Shown: in pieces, positions 1 to 11,690 of the stretch
Layout: the number at the start of each line of letters is the position of its first letter
Position numbering within the stretch: position 1 is the stretch's first letter
Assembly (NCBI RefSeq): GCF_963921235.1
Contig: NC_086109.1
Coordinates: forward strand, 6,636,001-6,700,000
DNA length: 64,000 nt
Direction: 5' to 3'
Source: Mobula hypostoma
Lineage: Eukaryota
Position numbers and translations under genes: made by a program
Notes under the pieces: generated by a model
The model's input: only the letters and a program-made list of their open reading frames with translations
Databases searched by the model: none
What the model was told of the DNA's origin: nothing

Positions 1-24
1 GAACACATCCTTACCTTAGAACTA

Positions 25-1953
25 CACCCTATCCTCGTTATATGTGGGGGGTACGTTCCTTGAAGTCGACGCATAATGTCAATAATTATTTAAATGGAGA
101 AAATAGGGATGTGTTCTGGAGGCTTCCTAAATATGTTTTATCTGTAATTTATTCACATTTTCATACCAATATGACACAAAAGCAGTACAAGGCAACATTC
201 GTATTATATTTCATCAATTTAAGGTAATATTCAACGTAATAAATCATAGAAAGTTAACATACTAGGGTGTGCAGTACAATACTCACCAACAGTGGTAGGC
301 GTGTTTGCTCCTGGAGATGAATGGTTGTTGTGGTGTCGGGCAGCTTTACATGGATGAGGTGGATGGTTGTGTGTCGTCAGGATCATCAAGGACAGCAAGG
401 GGTGAAGGAAGGTTCACAGAACTCTCAGTACTGCCAGCAGCAGGAGATGACACCGGTTTGAAGAAAGTGGTGAGGATTGTTTGCTTGACAGCATTTTGTT
501 TTTCAGCATAAATTTGCTTGTAGGGAAGAAGGCTTGATTGCAGGGAACGACGGAAATGCTGACTCCGGTCTAAACTTGGGTCCATGTCCATCGCCACTTG
601 TGCCAAGTGTTCTGCAGCCTTAAAAAATTCTGCCAGTTGCTTCACTGTAAAATCCTTCACCTGCAACTCGACACTTTCTTCTTCATCGTTGTTAACTTTA
701 AAGGCAAGATTCTGTTTCCAGCAGTAGCATTCAGCCTCAACAGCAAAATGATTAGCAAATCAATCTTCAATGATTTGACCAGTGACCCATGCTTTCTTGT
801 TAGTTGCCCAGTGGACAGGAAGCATATTGTTACTCAAGCTCTTAAGAGCACGGGGGTTTAGTGAATAGTAAACTAAGAGAGGCTTCATCTTACAGTCTCC
901 TTCGGCATTGGAACACATAAGCAAAGTCAATCTATCCCTTGCTGCCTTGAACCCTGACGCAGTTTTTCCATCCTTACTTATGTAAGTGCGTTTTGGCATA
1001 TGCTTCCAAAAAAGCCCGGTTTCGTCTGCATTAAACACCTGCTTTGGCGTTGATGCCTAACTCAGCTATCAAAGCCCACAACTGCACAGGGTAGCGTTCA
1101 GCAGTTTCGTGGTCAGCACTGGCTTGCTCACCATGCACAGCTAAGTTGTGAAGCCTGTGACAATTAACAAACTTAGAAAACAGTCCCCTACTTGCATTAA
1201 AGCTAACAATATCATTTGACACTTCCTCACTAGCCTCTGAACAAAGGCTTCCATAAATTTCCAAAGCTTTCACACAAAGATGATCGGAACTAAGTGTTGT
1301 TTTTCTCCTTGTTTCATGCTCAATGTACAAACTCAACATTTTCTCCATTTTTGTCATAATCGGGTTACGCACTTTGGTAACAATCTTTGAAGACACTTGT
1401 GATGAATCAATCACTGCACTTTTTCCTTTCTCGGCATTTTTCTTTATATTTCTGATCCTGGACTCACACAGGCCGAAGTAGTGTCCCAGAGCTATGTTAC
1501 CTTCACCTGATACTGCCCTGTTTATAATTTCCAACTTTTTTTCAAGTGCTAAAGCGATTCTCTGCCTCTTGGCTGATGGCCCAGGACTTGACATCCGATG
1601 CTTAGGAGATATAGTTAAATATTTCCAGCACAAAATCAGTGCACCGTAGGTAAAAAGAACAACAGTTTAAGAGCGCTAGTTCGCACATCCGCATGTTGCC
1701 AAAATCAATGCAAGACTAGTGGGAGTGAGACTGTGAGGCGTGCGCACGTAACTTGTATTGGCGGGAAAACGGTGCTTCTCGTCCCAATAGTGAGACTGTG
1801 AGGCATGCGCACGTGACTTGTATTGGTGGGAAAGCAGTGCTCCTCGCATAACTGTGAATTTTGGATGCACATAACGAGAAGTCGGTAGAAATAGGTTCCT
1901 CGCATAACTGAGAATCCACATTGCCTGAAGACGCACATAACGAAGCTAGGGTG
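25..1953 (-). mobile_element. Tigger/pogo-family DNA transposon, defective (frameshifts, internal deletion)
   Basis: Imperfect TIRs CACCCTATCCTCGTTAT (25-) and ATAACGAAGCTAGGGTG (-1953), flanked by TA. Minus ORFs 1031-1633 (CENP-B-like HTH), 760-1038 (FNADETGLFWK DDE start) and 346-666 (C-terminal KQTILTTFFK). Confidence 0.92.
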
Positions 1954-3599
1954 TACCTAGGCTTACCCATAGTCCTCTTTTTTCTAAGCTCCAACTTCTC
2001 AAACTTCTACAGATATATTATATAAAGTATTCTAACAGTTTGTATTTCAGCCTCGTATGGATCACCAGAACTTGCAATGATACACACTGTCCAGTCTCAT
2101 CACAACCTTCCATCCAGTCCACCTTCATGGTGTATTGCATCAGTAAGGTTAACCGCATTGTCAAGGATTAAGGCATACCCTGATCATTCCCTTTTCTCTC
2201 CAATACCTTCTCGAAGATACAGGAGCTTGAGGACAGGTTTCTGAACCAATCATCTCTTTAGCACCTATTCAGTGGTGCTACCATGTTCTTGAATCATTAA
2301 TTCTACCTCTGTTATTGTCACTTTAGAATTTCTATTTGCACCTTTTTCAGTTTGTGCTACTGTTACTTGCAATAGTTCTTGTGCTTGTCATTGTTTACAC
2401 TGTGACTTCACATGGGCAAGGAATTTCATTGTACTGGGTGTACGACAATAAACTACAAATTTAGAACATCTAGAATCTAATTTTAGAACATGTTTCCCAA
2501 ACTCTTGTGAAACACTCAAACATCACACAAGTGCAAAAGGGTACCTTTTGAATTTTTTTGCACCTGCTACCTTTTAAAGGAGTACTTATGCTTCAACCAT
2601 GTTTTTTTATCCATACTATTTTAAATTGCTCCTTGTCACGCACCTGTCCAAATTCTTTTAAAAGTTATTATAGCTTTCAACATCATTTCAGATTCCAATA
2701 GTACTCTTCCTAAAAATACCTTCATCTCCCCTTCAGAGATTTTTCCAGTGATCTATTGACTCACTTGCCAGATGGAATAGTATTTAACCTTCTCTGTTCC
2801 AAGCTGAACAAATCAAAATTTTCTCAGTTCCTCAAATTCTTAGTCATTTCCTAACAAACCCATTCTTTATCAATTTAGCAATTCTCAGGTTTTAACAAAT
2901 ATCCTGAAAAGAACTGACTAGATTATACACAGCACGTAAGATGAGCTCTAACTAATTATTTATAAAATACTATAATCTTCCTTTCATATTCTACACCTGT
3001 TTATAAACCAATAAGGTTTTTCATGAATAATATGACCTGCTTATTTAAAGTAAGACATAGAACAAGGACTAGACCACATGTTTCTTCAGATTTTTTCCAC
3101 CATTCAGTCATGATCCTGTGGCTCAAGCTCACTTTCCTGCCTGATTATCACATCCATCAAGAATGTCATGATATGAGCTTTGGAACTATTAAACAAGTTT
3201 GCCTAACTAGGAAAGGAGTAAATTTCAAAAGATGAGTCAAGAATTCTTTGGATCTTATTCCTAAATGGCTGATACCTTAAACTGAGGCTATTTTCCAAGT
3301 TCTAGTCTTTCATATTAGGGTAAAGATCCTTTGAACATCTAATCTGGCAGCAGAATCTTGTATTGTGTATATGAATGGAGGCAAAAATCATCTGAATTTA
3401 AATGAAGCCAAGACTATGTACCATCATTGATCATGCATAAATTACTTCACAATAACATCTTAATGAGATGTAGGAAGTAAATGTAGATTGACTTCTATGT
3501 GCATGCTGGATTAAAATTGTATTGTCAATATTTAATCTCCCATAAATGTATACAAAGAAATTTATAAACAGATGCAATTGCAAAGGTGGTAGTCAAAAC

Positions 3600-4180
3600 T
3601 TCAACTTTTGTAGGAGATTAAGTACCACCAATTACCCTTGACAAACTTCTACAAATGCACTTTATAAAGTATGGCAATTCCAACACAAGAAGAAGATCAG
3701 AGATTGCAGTAAGTGGTGGGCACAGCCCGGTCCTTCATAGGCACAGCCCTCCCTGCCATTGACAGAAGTGATACCTCAAAAAGGCAGCATATATAACCAA
3801 GTACCCCCGCCATCTGAATTGTACCCTTTTCTCAATATTACCATCAGGGAGCGGTTCAGAAGCTTTAAATCACACTAGGTTCAGGAACAACTACTTTCCT
3901 ACATCTTTAAGGTCATGAACCTACTTCCACAACCTCAATCCTACCTCAGCAATGGAACAGTGCAGACCACCTCTCAGTACCATTAACATTTCTGATTGTG
4001 TTTTTTTTTGTACAAATGACTTGTTTTGCACAGTCTTTTTTCCCTCTTCACTGTCTTGTATCTTTTGTGTTGCCTGAATCTGCATGCCTATGATGCTACT
4101 ACAAGCAAGTTTTTCCACTGTAGTTGTATCTCACTGTATTTGTGCACATGACAATAATTTTTGACTTCAATGTCAAAATT
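3600..4180 (+). mobile_element. Degenerate Rex1/Babar-like LINE 3' fragment (similar remnants at about 2000-2460, 14800-15100, 35780-36110 minus, 42240-42470 minus, 63700-63890 minus)
   Basis: Recurrent decayed motif ACCATCAGGGAGGCGGTACAGGAGCCTGAAGAC...AGGAACAGCTTCTTCCC shared by many copies in the window. Confidence 0.5.
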
Positions 4181-4639
4181 GAACACCTCATGGTTGAAAC
4201 ATTTGGATCGGTGAGTTAAAATCCTACAATAAAAAAATCTACTTCCTTTCCTGTGATGAAAGAAGCATTCCTCTGAGCAGAACAAAAATCCATGCCTTTG
4301 ACCTTCAGCAGTGCATGATAAAATCCAAACTAAAAGTTCAATAAAACTTTCAGTAAAAAATAAATGTAATGGCTTATGCAGCATGAAATCAATATAATCA
4401 AAACTGTGCCTCAAACAATGACCATTTTATTGATCTGCAAATGAAGGGAACAACAGAAAACTATAGTACAGAGTCATGTTGAGTATCAGGTCACGGCGTG
4501 TTTTCAAGCAATGCTGGCAGGACCAAACCAGGTTACAAAACAGTTCTGCAATGCCACAATGAAGGAATGTTCTTTACTCCTTTAGTGCCATAACCCTAGC
4601 AACATACCAATGCATCCCAAACTGCATCCAACTTTATTA

Positions 4640-5110
4640 TATGAAGGATGTAGAAGCTTTAGAGAAGGTGCAAAGGAGATTTACTCGGATACTGCCTGGA
4701 TTAGAGAGCACGTCTTATGACGAAAGGTTGTGTGAGCTAGGGCTTTTCTCTCTGAAGCAAAGAAGAATGAGAGGCAACTTGATAGAGGTATACAAGACAA
4801 TTTGAGGCATAGATAGAGTGGACAGCCAGATACCTCTCCCCAGGATGGTAATGGTGAAGGCCAGAAAGCATTCTTTTAAGATCAGTTTAGGAGAAATGTC
4901 AGTTAAAACACAGGGAGTGTAAGTTCCTGGAATGCACTGATGGAGGTAATGGTACATTAGGGACATTGGAGAGACTCATAGATAGACACATGGAAGAAAC
5001 AAAAATGGAGGGCTACGTAGGAGGAAAGGACAAGGTTGATTGTAGATAAGGTTAAAAGGTCAACACAACACTGTGAACCAAAGGGTCTGTACTGTGCTGT
5101 ACTATGCTCT
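4640..5110 (+). mobile_element. CR1-type LINE 3' fragment
   Basis: Decayed LEKVQRRFTRILPGL...LGLFSL...RGNLIEVYK coding remnant plus a 3' UTR shared with many other copies. Confidence 0.75.
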
Positions 5111-5580
5111 ATCACTATGATTGTCCTTGTCATTTCAAAAAAGCTAGAGACCTAGACAGTAAGACAATGAATCAACAGAGTTGCGGATGTCTGATTCTGT
5201 CTGTTAACCTTTGTCTTCATTGCTACAGCAAGTTGAGAGAAATTTGGGAGAATAACTACTCTGAAGCAGTAAGCTCTAAGTTACTTATGACCCTGTTTTT
5301 AATAACAATCTTTGCAATAATAAAGACATTTCTATCGTAGTCATCAGGTACACCATCCTGAGAATTCTGAGTACTCAACATTTGAGCCACAGGCAAATAC
5401 TCAAAAGACTTCCCTTGGAGTCTGTTCTTCCATCAATTTTGTTTTTTTTTTAGCAGTCATTATCCTACTATCACAGAAATAAATTTTTGCTGATATTAGA
5501 CACAGGATTCCATCTAGATGAGAGAAATCTAAAGATTCACTATCTAAAGGAAGAAATTCTTACTCACACCAGACTGAAAT

Positions 5581-6342
5581 TGTCATGGTCTGGTCCGTGA
5601 AGTCCGCATTCCGGTTCACGGACTGGTCCATCGATCCTTATTCCAGGTTTTCCGGTTTTCCCTTATTCTGTTGGTGCCTTAATTCTCATTCTGGGCTGGC
5701 TACATAAACAGCTCCTGGGTTCAGCTTCAGTGGCTGGACTGTTCGCTTCCCTCGCCTTCCTTCTGAAGCCTCGCCTGTGTCCTTGCCTCTAATGCCATCA
5801 GGTTCAACCACCAGCGCAAGACCGGGGCCTTGCTGTGTCTAGATAAGGAACTGTCTTTTGTTGCTTGGAACTGTCTCTTTGTGTCCACGTCTTCACTAGG
5901 TAGGTCCGGCCATTTGCCGCTACCTTGACTTGGGAACTGTCTGCGTCCACGCCTTTGCTAGGTAGGTCCAGCCATTTGCCGCTACCTTGTGTTGGGAACC
6001 GTCTTTGCTCCCTCACCTCCGCTGGGTAGGTCCGGCCGTTTGCTGCTACCTTGAGTGGAGTTCTGTCTCTCAGTGTTCTGTGTATGAGTCCTGGCCCTAC
6101 GTCCTGCCCCCTAGGAGGGGTCCTGACTCTGTGTAGAGCCCCGGCCCCAAGTTCTGTTCCCGAGGTGGGGTCCCGGCTCTGTAATCCATGTTCTTGTTCT
6201 CCCTCAACCAAGGCTCTGCATTCCTGTTCTCCCTCGACCAAGGCTCTGCATTCCTGTTCTCCCTCCACCGAGGCTCGTGCTTCAGTGTCTGTGTCTTGCA
6301 TTTGTGTCTGCTCCCAGCGCCACCCCCCCCACCCATATGACA
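5581..6342. mobile_element. Solo LTR (762 bp)
   Basis: TGTCAT...ATGACA inverted termini; 5-bp TSD GAAAT (5576-5580 and 6343-6347); internal ~60-bp and 30-bp tandem repeats. Confidence 0.88.
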
Positions 6343-9163
6343 GAAATGTGTTACCATTTATCTTGAGAAGATCCCTCCTGGTTTTCTATTTCCTCACTAT
6401 TAGAAACATTCTCTCAACATCTAACCTGTCAAGCCCCCTCACTCTTGCAGAATGCTTTGCACTTAGATGAAATCCAGTGTTATCATTCTTGTAGTTTAAC
6501 TTTCTTATGCATGTTTTTATTTTTATGTACATCACATGTAATTGCTCACAGAAATTTCCAGCAAAATTACAGAGCCGTTGCCTCTGTATTTTTCTGGAAA
6601 GTTCTTAGTTTCAGTGGCAAGTGTTACATTACTTTAATCTGGCTATCATATTGGTTAATTGTTATTACATTTAATCTGCGTCTTGCAATTCTTCACACCT
6701 TCAGCAATAATAATCTCTACCTATACCGTGTATGATTTTAAATAACTCTATCATATCCCCTCACAACCTCTTGCTTTAAGAAACATCCTACATTCCCTGT
6801 TCTATTCACAACTATATGGAGTTATTTTAGTAAATTTCCTCTACCCGCTCTGCAAAGCCTCTGTAGTTTTCTTTATATGTTTCTAGTACATCATTTCACT
6901 TAAAAAAAAACCTCAAGAGATCAAGGCATGATCTGGTTAATCTTTCCTCATAAAATAATGGTGTAATTCAGGAATTAATGCAGGAATCTTCTCTGCCCTG
7001 CCTCCAAGGTAAGTATATCCCTTAAATTTGGTAGCCCAATCCGTATAGGTGTGGCCTCATTAACATCCTACACAATGTAATGAAACTTCTCCACTCAATT
7101 CAATAAAGGCCTTTCTTTTGCAACACACACAAAATGCTGGAGGAATTCAGCAGGCCAGGCAGCATCTATAGAAAAGAGTAAACAATTGACCTTTCAGGCC
7201 GCGACCCTTTATTTAGCCTTTCTACATACAGTACTTGCTATAGTTGCACTGTAACTTTGTTTCTTGAATAAATATACAAGTAGTTAATAAACCCAAACAA
7301 TAATATTTTGGCGTTTCATTCTTATCAACATGGGTATAATTTCTTCACATTGTACACCCTCTGTCACAGCTTTCCTTCCAACCTATATGAACATCAAAGA
7401 ACCACAGATGCTGAAAATATTATCTTAAAAAAACAGAAAATGCTGGAAACATTCAGCAGCAGAGGTAGTATCAGTGGAGGAAAAGTGAACATTTGACGTC
7501 TAAGACTCTTCATCAGAACTGAGAAAGACAGAAAACCAAGAAAAGATTTAAGTTGCCAAGAATTTTGGCAAGGGACAAAAGTACCAAAGGAAATATCTGT
7601 GAAAGGATGAAACCAGGATTGCTTTAGGATTAGAAGAGGCTGATGAGTTAATAGGGGAACTGAGTGAGTATTAAAACATTAAAAAAGTTTCAAATGTTCA
7701 AAATGCAGGGATATTGAACATGGTAAATGTTATTGATAAGAAAAAAAATTACCTCCTACATAAACAAGAATTTTGATACAGATATAAAGAAAAATAGCTT
7801 AAGTTGTAGTATTTGGTATTGAGTTTATAAGGTTGAAATGTGGCCAGATGAGGTGCTGCTTCTTAAGCCTGTAGTTGGTTTAGTTATAATAGTCACAGAC
7901 AGTTGGTCAGGGTCGGAGCAGGATAGACAGATAAACTTGCAGGCAGCAGGATTCTTAAGGTCTCTCTGCACATCTTTTCTCCAACATCGAGAAAATCACA
8001 TTCTGAATACCAAATGCACAAGACTAGGCTGAAGGAATACATCTCTACTTTACTCATAAGGAACATTTCAGTTCTTGATGATGGAAAGGGCAAAAGTAAA
8101 AAAGACCAACGTTGAATCTCATGGGAAAGAGCTGCAAGAAAGGGAGTAGTTGATAAGGATGCAAGAATGAACCCATCATAAATTGCTCTTTCAAAATTTT
8201 GAAAAGGAAGAGATGGGAAAGACGTGTCTACTGGTTGAATCTTGTTAAGGGTGGCAAGAAGTATACAGGATGATTGTGGAGTCTGGTGAGGTAGAAGGTG
8301 AACACCAGGGAAAAATCCAATTTTTTTCTGTCCAGAAGCAACACTCAATCAGCCAAGTGGTCAAATTCTGTTCCTATGTCTTATGGAGACGGGAGGTGTG
8401 GGTAATAGTCATGGGTTCAGTCAACTACAGTACAGAGTAAGCCACAGCTCAGGAAAATGGAAGACACCTCAGAGGCAACTGATAGAAAGTAGATTTATAG
8501 GACTTTATCAACCCTCTCTTTTCTTTATGTTTTATTGTTAGCAAATTTCCATAGAAATACTTTTCCCTTTGTCTTAATAGACTATAATTAGTCTAAATAC
8601 ATTACATTCACTAGTTTCCAGTGTTGACTGAACTCAAAGAAAATTTTTACAGAACCCTTTAAAAGGCATTTAGTTACATGAATTGGAAAGATTTAGAGGG
8701 ATATGACACACATATAGACATATGGAACTACATCAGTTCGGCAATTTGGTCAGCACAGATCAGTTTGGCCGAAGGGCCTATGTCTGTGCTGTATAGTTCC
8801 GTAACTTTTCTTAGTTTAAATACGAAACTAAAACCATTTAAATTTTGTCATAATAATATGGTGATTTTTGAAACACTCTTTTGGACCTGCATTTTTTTTC
8901 TAAACCGTGGTGATCAATACTGGGAGTAATATTCCTATGGTGGCTAGCGAAAAGCCAAGGAAAACTGTATTCCTTCCGCTTTCATACATTTTTACTTATA
9001 TAAGTCTAGGATTCCATAGGGTTCACTAATGGCTCTCTCAACAAATCCAGCTGCTTCCAAGGATTTATGCAAATGAAGACACTATAGTCAGTAAATGACT
9101 ATAAATTAAGAAAACCTTTAGAACGTACTGAACTGTTGATGAAAACACCCCACTTTTTTGTAC

Positions 9164-9368
9164 CTTTTCTTATGACCGTTAAATGTTTTATACAAATCTA
9201 CATCATTCTTCATGGTAGTAACAACTTCATTGTCTTCATCTATGACAGCAAATGCATAAATCAAATGAGTGCACACAAAAGGATTAATGTCCTCAGGCAA
9301 ATACCGAGCAAGTCCAGATCTGTTTTGTGCCCCGTTAGTGAAATAACACGAAAGTATGTAAGTACTAC
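9164..9368 (-). CDS. CHIA-like: GH18 chitinase-like gene copy B, coding exon 3 (GSTYILSCYFTNGAQNRSGLARYLPEDINPFVCTHLIYAFAVIDEDNEVVTTMKNDVDLYKTFNGHKK)
   Basis: 205-nt exon, AG/GT bounded, phase 1-2. Matches the CYFTNW..RP...CTHLIYAFA motif of vertebrate chitinases. Catalytic exons not found in the window. Confidence 0.9.
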
Positions 9369-9439
9369 CTACAAAATAAAAAATAAAGCATGTTATAATA
9401 AAACAAGTATTTGATGTAATATTTAATGTTTAAATGTAA

Positions 9440-9663
9440 TCCTCTTTTTTTTGAAGAAAATACGTTGGAAGAGACTTCTAGTCTTATCATTTGGGATGCT
9501 TTTAAGGCACATATTAGAGGACAAATGATCTCCTATACTGCATATATTAAGAAAAAAGCTAATAAAGAGAGAACTGACTTAGTTAATTAATTAAAACAGC
9601 TGGACCAGAAATATGCTTTGGCACCAGACCCTGAACTATACAAAAGACACATTGAAATTAAAA
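9440..9663 (+). mobile_element. L1/Tx1 ORF2 fragment in chitinase intron 2
   Basis: Translates to ...IIWDAFKAHIRGQMISYTAYIKKK..., typical of the L1 ORF2 region after the endonuclease; contains a stop. Confidence 0.75.
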
Positions 9664-9967
9664 GTGTGGGCACGTGGCCAAGTGGTTAAGGCATTGGACT
9701 AGCGGTCTGAAGGTCGTGAGTTCGATCCCCAGCTGAGGCAGTGTGTTGTGTCCCTGAGCAAGGCACTTAACCACACAGTGCTCTGCGACGACACCGGTGC
9801 CAAGCTGTATCGGCCCTTGCCCTTCCCTTGGACAACATCGGTGTCATGGAGAGGGGAGACTTGCAGCATGGACAACTGCTGGTCTTCCATACAACCTTGC
9901 CCAGGCCTGCGCTCTGGAGAGTGAAGACTTTCCAGGTGCAGATCCATGGTCTCGCAAGACTAACGGA
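9664..9967 (+). mobile_element. tRNA-derived SINE with CORE-like middle and RTE-like 3' end
   Basis: A box TGGCCAAGTGG, B box GAGTTCGATCC, TGTGTCCCTGAGCAAGGCACTTAACC segment, 11-bp TSD TGAAATTAAAA (9653-9663 and 9968-9978). Confidence 0.85.
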
Positions 9968-10125
9968 TGAAATTAAAACATTTTTAAAGTGGATAAAATA
10001 TTCAATTTCAAGAAATCCACAAGCACATGGATTATGTTATTGTTTAATAAGTTACCATTAACGAAAAGATTGCTGAAATATGATAACTAGCTGTTGCTTT
10101 TGCATTTGACAATAGTGTGACTTAC

Positions 10126-10155
10126 CCAACTGCAGTTGGAACAATATAAAGATTC
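10126..10155 (-). CDS. CHIA-like: Chitinase-like copy B, coding exon 2 (signal peptide, GIFILFQLQLG)
   Basis: 30-nt phase 1-1 micro-exon with AG acceptor and GTAAGT donor, as in vertebrate CHIA/CHIT1 gene structure. Confidence 0.88.
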
Positions 10156-10554
10156 CTACTGGAAAAAAAAGTCAAACACTTATTTTATAGTTTTGATTTC
10201 TTCTAGTATTAGACATGCATCTTGTTTGTACATTGCCATTAATATTTCATAAATGCACCAAGATTTTCCAAGATTATATTCTATCCCGTAAAGAAAAATA
10301 GTTGAGAGTTCTTCTTTAAATCACACACTGTTTTTCTGATCTTTGATTTTAAAGCATGATGATTTGTACAGTCAATTCATTCTAAAAAATAATAATTGAA
10401 ACAAATACAGAAAAATAAATGGATACTTACAGCCAAGTCAAACACAAAAACAATTTATGGTCAAGATAAATGTACATAAAATTCTGTCAAAAATGGTAGG
10501 CTAAAGAGCTGTAGGAAGAGGCCCAGGCATCCAACTATTTTGTAGAATAATATA

Positions 10555-11172
10555 TGAAGGGTGATTGATAAGTTCGTGGCCTAAGTTAGGAGTCATTTTT
10601 AGAAAACCTAGCACAGTTATTTTTCAACATAGTCCCCTCCTACATGTACACACTTAGTCCAGCGGTCGTGGAGCATACGGATCCCTTCTTTGTAGAAGTG
10701 GCCCACAACAGGGGTGATTGATAGGTTCGTGGCCTAAGGTAGAAAGAGATGAGTTATTAACTTCAAACTTTCTGCATTATCACTCAAAGAGTTGAACTGC
10801 ACGTGCATGTAATGAGAGTGTATTGGACCTCCAGGTAGTCCACAGCAGGGGCAATTGATAAGCTCGTGGCCTAAGGTAGGAGATGAGCTATACCGCTCTC
10901 ATTGCATGCACGTGCAGTTCAACTCTTTGAGTGAAAATGCAGGAAATTTGAAGGTAATAATTCACCTCCTTCTACATTAGGCCACAAAGTTATCAATCAC
11001 TCCTGCTGTGGACCGCTTTCTGGAGGTCCAAGTCGTCAACTTCTACAAAGAAGGGATCCGTATGCTCCACGCATGCTGGACTAAGTATGTAAATGTAGGA
11101 AAAATAAATGTGATAGGTTTTCTAAAATTGATTCCTTCTACCTTAGGCCACAAACTTATCAATCACCCCTCG
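10555..11172. mobile_element. Non-autonomous mariner-like fold-back MITE in chitinase intron 1
   Basis: TA-flanked; termini TGAAGGGTGATTGATAAGTT and AACTTATCAATCACCCCTCG; long inverted arms; internal copies of the TIR. Confidence 0.85.
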
Positions 11173-11584
11173 TAAAAGCCCATATGGATATGTAACTGGA
11201 CTAGTTTCTAGAGGCCTTGACTAATAATGAACAGAATTTGAGTTCTAATCTTACTGTGGGAGTTTACCTAAAGCAATCTTGAAAACAAAATTTCTTTTAG
11301 TAAAAGGAATCACAAAGATTATTGGTTTTAGAAATCTCTATGGATTTCCAAAAGATTGGATGCTAAGTTTTCAGTTTTACAAAGCTCCCCCCCATCTACT
11401 CTCCAAATGAAATCTAGGTTTTTCTCTATTTGCCAATTTAAAACATTAATTACTTCTTGTTACACAGATGCTTTTGGATCTGTTCAGTCTCCTTTTCTAT
11501 GACAAATCATAATTCGTTTCTAAAAACAGTCTACCTATATATTGTTGAACAGTTTTTGAATAAATTGTTAAAACTTATACTTAC

Positions 11585-11609
11585 CAAAAAGTTTAAGTAT
11601 CGTTTCCAT
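11585..11609 (-). CDS. CHIA-like: Chitinase-like copy B, coding exon 1 (METILKLF/G)
   Basis: ATG followed by exactly 25 coding nt and a GTAAGT donor, phase 1, joining the 30-nt exon in frame. Confidence 0.8.
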
Positions 11610-11682
11610 GCTTTGATTAGTGTCTCTGTAGCTTTATGCTTGTACTGCTGATGGAGCTATGCAATGCTTCCACATTACCTAC

Positions 11683-11690
11683 AATATATA
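11683..11690 (-). promoter_or_regulatory. Possible TATA box of chitinase-like copy B
   Basis: TATATATT about 75 nt upstream of the ATG; GATA-type sites further upstream. Confidence 0.4.

Noticed and set aside
1..24. Minus-strand donor-like AAG|GTAAGG at the window edge
   Set aside because: The same sequence occurs in the CR1 3' tail at about 38820 and 63960, so it is repeat-derived
5804..6470. ORFs with repeated peptides (EQECRALVEG)
   Set aside because: By-products of tandem repeats inside a solo LTR
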